DNA from: a virus
Taxonomy: Duplodnaviria; Caudoviricetes
Reading direction: 5' to 3' (one strand)
Length of the DNA: 52,257 bases
Virus record (IMG/VR): IMGVR_UViG_3300042879_003234
Coordinates: 1 to 52,257 of that record
The first letter of the stretch is position 1. Each line of letters begins with the position of its first letter. A model generated the notes under the pieces. It did not search any database. It was given only the letters and a program-made list of their open reading frames with translations, and was not told where the DNA came from. Below, one piece after another: positions 45,913-52,257 of this stretch. A program made the translations under genes and the position numbers.

Positions 45913-47985
45913 TTAACGATGAACAACACAACATACAATTGCAGAATCTTCAGTTGATCCTGGACCATTCAGTGCATAAGCTGTAAAAGATCCTACTGCA
46001 AAATTTGCTGCAGAAAAATAGTTGTCACTACTGGTTGTCGATTGTGATGCTTCTCCAGAAACTGCATAATTAGCATCTTGAATATCAGTGGCAATTGTTA
46101 CTGTATAAGTTCCAGTTGCAGTTTTACTTACACTTGTAATATTACCAGAACCATTAACTGTTTGAGATCCAACTGCTCCAGTGCCATTAAATCTTACCCA
46201 AGCTCTTGCACCATATATTGGAGCACTTCCAGATTGTGCCCCATCAAGATTTGCAGCTGCAACAACTCCACTTGCAAGAGTTGTTGCAAAACTTAGGTTT
46301 GCTGTTCCATTAAATGATCCAGAAGTACCAGTTACATCACCAGTTAATGAAATTGTTCTACCTGTAGTCCAAGATGCTGCAGATCCACTAACTGTAGCGC
46401 CAAGAACATTAGTTGAAGCATTATAAGTCAGTCCAGTATCAGTTAAAAGAGCTCTATTTCCAGTAGCAGTAGCAGAAAATACAACATAATTGGAAGTTCC
46501 AGATCCAGCAGCAAGAGTAACAGTACTAGCAGCAGTAGCAGTTGCAGCACTACCAGAAATACTTGCACCTAAAAGGTTGGTTGAAGCATTATAAGTCAGT
46601 CCAGTATCAGTTAAAAGACTACTTGAACCAGTAGCAGTTGTAGAAAATGTAACATAATTAGTAGCTCCAGATCCTGATGCTAAAGTAACGGCACTAGAAT
46701 TTGTTGCTGTACCGCTGAATGTAGTAGCAGTAATGACTCCAGTGACTCTTGCATCACCAACAACATGAAGTTTTGATGTTAGATTTGTGGTTCCTATGCC
46801 AACTCTTTGAGAACTATCAATTCTTAATGCTTCAGTATCATTGGATCCTAAAATTAATGGAGATGCATTTTGTGTCCCAACTAAAAGTCCATTTCCAGAA
46901 CTCAAAGAAATTTCACCAAATCTTGCTAAAACAGTTCCAAATCTGGATGCAACTCTCCCAGAACCATGAGCTAATTGAGTGACTGTAGCAGTATCAGAGA
47001 ATAATCTCACTGATGCATTTGCAGCAGTTCCTGTATTTGGATTCTCAACTCTAAATACTGTTCCTTCATTTTGAGAATTGTATAAATGCAATTCTTCTAC
47101 TGGATTTGTAGTTCCTATACCAAGATTACCAGAAATGTAAGTACTTCCAATTACATCAAGTTTATTATTTGGTAGTGTGCTACCAATACCAACGTTAGTA
47201 CCATTATCAGTAATAATAGTATTAGTTAATTGTTCATTACTACTATTCCATTTAGTGACTATATTATTTGTTAAAGATCCAGCATTCTTTAACTGAACAT
47301 TATCAGCATTAACGGTAATACCAGAACCAGCACCGACATTAAGAGTAACATCAGCAGTTAAAGTTCCACCACCACTTAAACCAGATCCAGCGGTTACAGT
47401 TCTATTCAAATTTGTTGCTGTTCCAGTTAAACCACCTACAAATGTAGTTGCCGTTACATCGCCAACAACATGAAGTTTAGAAGTTGGATTGGTTGTTCCA
47501 ATTCCAATTAATCCTAAAGAAGTTGAAGTAATTATAGTTCCACCAACACCAACATTTAAGTTTGATATTGTCGAAACACCACTCACATATTCATTAGTGT
47601 AAGAGACGCTATCATTTAAACTAACACTAACAATTCCTGAGTTAATAGTTGCTTTTATATTATCCGCAAAATTTACAGTCGCAGCAGTTCCTATTGGTGA
47701 ATCATCATCTCTAACTTCTATTCCAGAACCAGTACCAACAATACCAGTCAGTTGAGAACCATCGCCTCTAAAAAATGAAGCGGTTATAACGCCAACGGTA
47801 TTAATATTTTTATTAGTTAGAGTTTGAGTAGCAGCAACTCCAACAAGCTCATATCCACCTACCTTATTACCGTCATGAACCACGGCAATTTTTTTATCAG
47901 TATCTACTACAATTTCACCAGAAAGTCCTGTAAAAGATGAAATCTGAGTGGAATTTCCTCTTCTAAATTGAAAGGCTTTAGCCAT
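45913..47985 (-). CDS. tail fibre protein with an Mtd_N-like N-terminus and an ARAWVRFNG tip domain
   Basis: QFRRG...GEIVVDTD...VHDG; GIGTTNP repeats; TAAATA at 48008-48013. Confidence 0.82.
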   Translation of the reverse strand: MAKAFQFRRGNSTQISSFTGLSGEIVVDTDKKIAVVHDGNKVGGYELVGVAATQTLTNKNINTVGVITASFFRGDGSQLTGIVGTGSGIEVRDDDSPIGTAATVNFADNIKATINSGIVSVSLNDSVSYTNEYVSGVSTISNLNVGVGGTIITSTSLGLIGIGTTNPTSKLHVVGDVTATTFVGGLTGTATNLNRTVTAGSGLSGGGTLTADVTLNVGAGSGITVNADNVQLKNAGSLTNNIVTKWNSSNEQLTNTIITDNGTNVGIGSTLPNNKLDVIGSTYISGNLGIGTTNPVEELHLYNSQNEGTVFRVENPNTGTAANASVRLFSDTATVTQLAHGSGRVASRFGTVLARFGEISLSSGNGLLVGTQNASPLILGSNDTEALRIDSSQRVGIGTTNLTSKLHVVGDARVTGVITATTFSGTATNSSAVTLASGSGATNYVTFSTTATGSSSLLTDTGLTYNASTNLLGASISGSAATATAASTVTLAAGSGTSNYVVFSATATGNRALLTDTGLTYNASTNVLGATVSGSAASWTTGRTISLTGDVTGTSGSFNGTANLSFATTLASGVVAAANLDGAQSGSAPIYGARAWVRFNGTGAVGSQTVNGSGNITSVSKTATGTYTVTIATDIQDANYAVSGEASQSTTSSDNYFSAANFAVGSFTAYALNGPGSTEDSAIVCCVVHR
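46412..46618. repeat. internal tandem duplication (168-nt period) with a 39-nt identical core
   Basis: GTTGAAGCATTATAAGTCAGTCCAGTATCAGTTAAAAGA at 46412 and 46580. Confidence 0.8.
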
Positions 47986-48010
47986 CTATATTTTACCTCC
48001 GATATCATAT

Positions 48011-51000
48011 TTAGATGATTTGAATAAATGCCGTTCCAGGAACAAATGGATTTCCTTGATCCGTTGCAATTCCAGAGAATATAGCAGTACCAAATCCAAT
48101 ATATGTAGCGGGAGTAAAGGATTCTCTTGCGTTTCCGAAGATTGAGAAAAGAAGATCACTCTCTGGTGGATTTGCACCGAAGGCAATTGAAGAACCACTG
48201 AATATACCAATTGATCCAGATCCAGAAATTCTAGCAGAAATTGGAACAAGAGCATCTCCACTAACAGTGATTGTTCCGCTACCAATCTGCTTGAACTCTG
48301 TGATGAATGAAACGTTTGCAGATCCAGAGAATGTAAAGAGTCTTGTATCTTCTTCGGGATTCGCAGTGAAGGCTTCAGCAGAACCACCAAAGGAACTAAA
48401 GGTTCCAAGACCAACATAAGATCTAGATACTCTTTCGATTTTCTCTCCAGAGATTGTAATAACAAGATCTTGATCTGGTGGATTAGGACCAAACGATTCT
48501 GCAGATCCACTAAAGACACTGAAGGTTCCAAAACCAACATAGGATTCTGTATTCTTTTGACCAGCAGATCCAGAGATCGTAATGGTAACATCATTATCTG
48601 GTGGGTTCGCACCAAAGACTTCCGCTGCCCCACCAAATGCACTGAAAGATCCAGATCCGATTTCAGTTGCTGGAGTATAACTTTCTCTAAGAGATCCACT
48701 GATTTGGATATCAGTAAATCCATTGTAAGTTGCTGGAGTAAAGGATTCTCTAGCAGATCCTGTGATGAGTATAGTTCCAGAACCAATCTGTTTGAATTCT
48801 GTAATAAACTCTACATCTGAAGATCCAGAAATACTTAAGGTTCCTACACCATCATAGGCATAAGATCTTCTTTCAATCTTCTCACCAGAGATTGTAATGG
48901 TAACATCATTGTCTGGTGGGTTCGCACCGTAGACCTCTGCTGCTCCACCAAATGCACTAAAGGTTCCAAGACCAATATATGTTGTTGGAGTAAAGGATTC
49001 TTTACTATCGACTTCAATTTGAATACTACCAGAACCTGAATAATCAAATATTGCTTTGTTTACAGAATTTCCAGTAAATGTAGCAATTCCAGTAGCAACA
49101 TGAGTGTATACAGAAATTACTCTTGTTTCTGCCTGACCAGATATCGTAATGAGAACATCATTATCTGGAGGATTAATTCCTATTACTTCAGCAGATCCAC
49201 CAAAAGAACTAAATGCACCGAGACCAACATAAGACTTAATGTTCTTATCAACACCAATACCATCAATATTGATTTGTCCAGATCCAGAGTATATTACCTC
49301 ACCTGTGAATTCAACTCCAGTCGCTCCACCGACAATAGAAAGTGAAGTAAATCCAACATAAGCATGAGTTTTTCTTTCAATCCTATCTCCAGATATCGTA
49401 ATGGTAACATCATTATCTGGTGGGTTAGCACCATAAACTTCAGATGCTCCACCGAATGCGCTAAAGGATCCGAAACCAATATATGTTGTTGGAGTAAATG
49501 ATTCATTAGCAGATCCAGATATTGTAATGGTAACATCTTTATCTGGTGGATTTGAACCAAATACTTCTGCAGATCCAGAGAATGCGCTAAAGGTTCCGAA
49601 ACCAACATTTGCATGAGTAAGTTTAATATCAAGAGCTGATCCAGAGAAAGAGAATAATCTAGTATCCTCTGGTGGATTAGGTCCGAAGGATTCTGCTGCA
49701 CCACCAATGAAACTAAATGATCCAGATCCAATATAAAATTCTGGTAAGAATCTGATATCAGATTCTCCAGAGGCATTAATTGTACCAACTCCAGTATAAA
49801 TTCTACTGAAAGGTGTAGATGCAGATCCACTAATATTGAATAGACCAAATGGACTGGTTGAATCTACAGAAGTTACATTTCCATAATCATCTTCTTCAGT
49901 TACAGAATTTTCAATCGAACCATAATCTTCATAAGGAGGTGTAGAAACTAGATCCGCACCATAATCATCAACGGTGAAAGAAGAATCTATAGCGAGTTCG
50001 TTGTAACTATAGGTTCTTCTTTCAACTTTCTCGCCAGAGATAGTAATAGTAACATCATCATCTGGTGGATTTGCACCAAATACAACTGCGGATCCACCAA
50101 ACGCACTAAAGGTTCCAAGTCCAATATATGATGTTGGAGTAAAGGATTCCTTAGCAGATCCAAAGAATTCAGCAGATCCAGATCCTTGATAACTTGTTGG
50201 AACGAAAGATTCGGTAACTGTCCCTTCAATTAGAATTGAAGTTAAATTAAGTAGCCCTCCAGCATCTTCATAAGAAGTGTTTGGATCATCTACTGAACCA
50301 AAATCTTCACTTCCAGTATCTTCATTTAGATCTATAATTTGATTATCAGATGTACCAACGTAAGATTTGCTTATTCTCTCAATCTTTTCGCCAGAAATCG
50401 TAATGATAACATCTTTATCTGGTGGGTTCGCACCAAATACAACTGCAGATCCACCAAATGCGCTAAAGGTTCCAAGGCCAACATAAGAGAAAGTATTTCT
50501 TTCAACAAGAGATCCAGAAGCATTAAAGGTTCCTACACCGACATAAGTAGATGGAGTAAAGGATTCATTAGCAAATCCAGAAATTGTAAAGGAACCAAAT
50601 GGATAGCGATCAGAAGAAATCGCTACTGAACCATAATCTGATTGTTGAGCACCAGTAGAATCTGCAATAGAACCATAATCATCAACTATGGTTACTGATG
50701 TACCAATACCACCATAATCTTGTGATGGTTGAGATAGGAAAATTGATTGTTCATTGTAATCATAGGAAACGGATTCAACAGTTCCACCAAAGGAACTAAA
50801 GGTTCCTACACCGACATAAGAGAAAGTATTTCTTTCAACAAGAGATCCAGAAGCATTAAAGGTTCCTACACCGACATAAGATTCAGTGTTTCTTTCTACT
50901 AATGATCCAGAAACTTCAATAGTTCCAGAACCAATATGTATCTTCTGAGCATTTACAAACGTGTTAGCGGATCCAGAAGCATCAAAGGTTCCTACACCAA

Positions 51001-52257
51001 CATAAGATCTTAGAGTTCTTTCTACCTTTTCACCAGAGATTGTGATAGTAACGTCATCATCTGGAGGATTAGCACCAAATACAACGGAAGAACCACCAAA
51101 AGAACTAAAGGTTCCAAGACCAATATAAGATTCAGTGTTCTTCTCTATTGCAGATCCAGAAACTTCAATAGTTCCAGATCCAACCTGAATCTTAGCACCA
51201 AAGAACTGCTCATCAGCAGATCCACTAATATTGAATAGACCAAATGGACTGGTTGAATCTACAGAAGTTACGTTTCCATAATCATCTTCTTCAGTGATCG
51301 AGTTCGTAATCGAACCATAATCTTCATAAGGAGGTGTAGAAACTAGATCCGCACCATAATCATCAACGGTGAACGTAGAATCTACAGCAAGTTCATTATA
51401 ACTATAAGTTCTTCTTTCTACCTTTTCACCAGAGATCGTAATGGTAACGTCATTTTCTGGTGGATTCGCACCAAAGACTTCTGCAGATCCACTAAAGGCA
51501 CTAAAGGTTCCAAGACCAACATAAGAGAATGCATTTCTTTCAACAAGAGATCCAGAAGCATTAAAGGTTCCTACACCAACATAGGATCTTAAAGTTCTTT
51601 CTACCTTTTCACCAGAGATCGTAATGGTAACGTCATTTTCTGGTGGATTCGCACCAAATACAATAGAAGAACCACCAAAGGAACTAAAGGTTCCAAGACC
51701 AATATAAACAAATGTATTAACAATACCAAGAGATCCAGAAGCGTTGAAAGTTCCTACACCAACATAGGATTCTGTATTTTTCTCTATGAGAGATCCAGAA
51801 ACTTCAATAGTTCCAGATCCAATATGAATATTTTCAACTTCTCTGGTTGTTATTGCATCTCCAGAAATAACAAATAGACCGAATGGACTTCCTGACTGTG
51901 AAGAAGTTACATTTCCATAATCATCTTCTTCAGTTACAGAATTTTCAATCGAACCATAGTCTTCATAAAGAGGTGTGGAAACTAGATCCGCACCGTAATC
52001 ATCAACACTAAATGTCGAATCTACAGCGAGTTCATTATAACTATAGGTTCTTCTTTCAACTTTCTCGCCAGAAATTGTAATAGTAACATCATTGTCTGGA
52101 GGATTTGCACCAAAGACTTCAGCAGAACCAGAGAATGCACTGAAGGTTCCTACGCCAACATAGGATCTTAGAGTTCTTTCTACCTTTTCACCAGAGATTG
52201 TGATAGTAACATCTTTATCTGGAGGATTAGCGCCAAATACAATAGAAGAACCACCAA
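48011..52257 (-). CDS. C-terminal >1414 aa of a giant repetitive structural protein (start outside the window)
   Basis: Not in the ORF track. The frame ending ...PFVPGTAFIQII* at 48011 is in phase with codons checked at 49888, 50719 and 52255; ~38-aa repeats FGANPPD.DVTITISGEK.ER..RSYVG.GTFSAF.GS. Confidence 0.85.
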   Translation of the reverse strand, partial: GGSSIVFGANPPDKDVTITISGEKVERTLRSYVGVGTFSAFSGSAEVFGANPPDNDVTITISGEKVERRTYSYNELAVDSTFSVDDYGADLVSTPLYEDYGSIENSVTEEDDYGNVTSSQSGSPFGLFVISGDAITTREVENIHIGSGTIEVSGSLIEKNTESYVGVGTFNASGSLGIVNTFVYIGLGTFSSFGGSSIVFGANPPENDVTITISGEKVERTLRSYVGVGTFNASGSLVERNAFSYVGLGTFSAFSGSAEVFGANPPENDVTITISGEKVERRTYSYNELAVDSTFTVDDYGADLVSTPPYEDYGSITNSITEEDDYGNVTSVDSTSPFGLFNISGSADEQFFGAKIQVGSGTIEVSGSAIEKNTESYIGLGTFSSFGGSSVVFGANPPDDDVTITISGEKVERTLRSYVGVGTFDASGSANTFVNAQKIHIGSGTIEVSGSLVERNTESYVGVGTFNASGSLVERNTFSYVGVGTFSSFGGTVESVSYDYNEQSIFLSQPSQDYGGIGTSVTIVDDYGSIADSTGAQQSDYGSVAISSDRYPFGSFTISGFANESFTPSTYVGVGTFNASGSLVERNTFSYVGLGTFSAFGGSAVVFGANPPDKDVIITISGEKIERISKSYVGTSDNQIIDLNEDTGSEDFGSVDDPNTSYEDAGGLLNLTSILIEGTVTESFVPTSYQGSGSAEFFGSAKESFTPTSYIGLGTFSAFGGSAVVFGANPPDDDVTITISGEKVERRTYSYNELAIDSSFTVDDYGADLVSTPPYEDYGSIENSVTEEDDYGNVTSVDSTSPFGLFNISGSASTPFSRIYTGVGTINASGESDIRFLPEFYIGSGSFSFIGGAAESFGPNPPEDTRLFSFSGSALDIKLTHANVGFGTFSAFSGSAEVFGSNPPDKDVTITISGSANESFTPTTYIGFGSFSAFGGASEVYGANPPDNDVTITISGDRIERKTHAYVGFTSLSIVGGATGVEFTGEVIYSGSGQINIDGIGVDKNIKSYVGLGAFSSFGGSAEVIGINPPDNDVLITISGQAETRVISVYTHVATGIATFTGNSVNKAIFDYSGSGSIQIEVDSKESFTPTTYIGLGTFSAFGGAAEVYGANPPDNDVTITISGEKIERRSYAYDGVGTLSISGSSDVEFITEFKQIGSGTILITGSARESFTPATYNGFTDIQISGSLRESYTPATEIGSGSFSAFGGAAEVFGANPPDNDVTITISGSAGQKNTESYVGFGTFSVFSGSAESFGPNPPDQDLVITISGEKIERVSRSYVGLGTFSSFGGSAEAFTANPEEDTRLFTFSGSANVSFITEFKQIGSGTITVSGDALVPISARISGSGSIGIFSGSSIAFGANPPESDLLFSIFGNARESFTPATYIGFGTAIFSGIATDQGNPFVPGTAFIQII
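48350..52257. repeat. array of ~114-nt degenerate coding repeats plus near-identical larger blocks
   Basis: Recurrent AAGGTTCC, TCTGGTGG and CCAGAGAT.GTAAT; similar blocks near 49820-50060, 51215-51450 and 51880-52090. Confidence 0.85.

Noticed and set aside
41581-47985. Diversity-generating retroelement, suggested by the Mtd_N domains
   Set aside because: No reverse transcriptase, no C-type-lectin/FGE-like C-terminus and no adenine-specific TR/VR pair is visible in the window
47986-50629. Track ORFs 47986..48786, 48844..49047, 49294..49848, 49987..50229 and the plus-strand ORFs here
   Set aside because: Alternative-frame shadows of the real giant ORF ending at 48011
48350-52257. CRISPR-like array
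   Set aside because: The repeats are degenerate at third codon positions and keep one reading frame, so they are protein-coding repeats; no cas genes

Overview
An AT-rich 52 kb segment of a T4-like cyanophage (Kyanoviridae-type myovirus). The many GIGT/GVST/VGIGTTNP fibre repeats suggest a freshwater lineage, which is an inference. From left to right: large virion/fibre proteins; a candidate ~60-nt sRNA; four tRNAs (Leu-UAG, Thr-UGU, Leu-UAA, Gly-UCC); a baseplate/tail module (gp5 and downstream spike-like genes, CP12, a gp27-like hub, two tape-measure-like proteins, gp51, gp26, gp54, gp4, gp48, gp53); the core gp32-gp59-gp33-exonuclease-phoH-thyX block; a small-ORF region with speD and glutaredoxin; and a fibre island with four Mtd_N-headed genes behind a >1400-aa repetitive ORF missing from the ORF track. 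Main findings: (1) a nitrogen-sensing cassette in which tandem glnA-type glutamine aptamers enclose a 50-codon ORF inside an aptamer loop, upstream of a DUF4278 gene; (2) a probable -1 programmed frameshift fusing gp26 to a gp51 that has no start codon, directly before the tape-measure-like gene; (3) a repetitive scaffold with triple-DYG clusters that may dock several Mtd_N fibres; (4) a circularly permuted M23-like domain beside a lambda-type lysozyme; (5) a promoter- and terminator-bounded sRNA. All family assignments come from motif recognition by eye; no searches were run.
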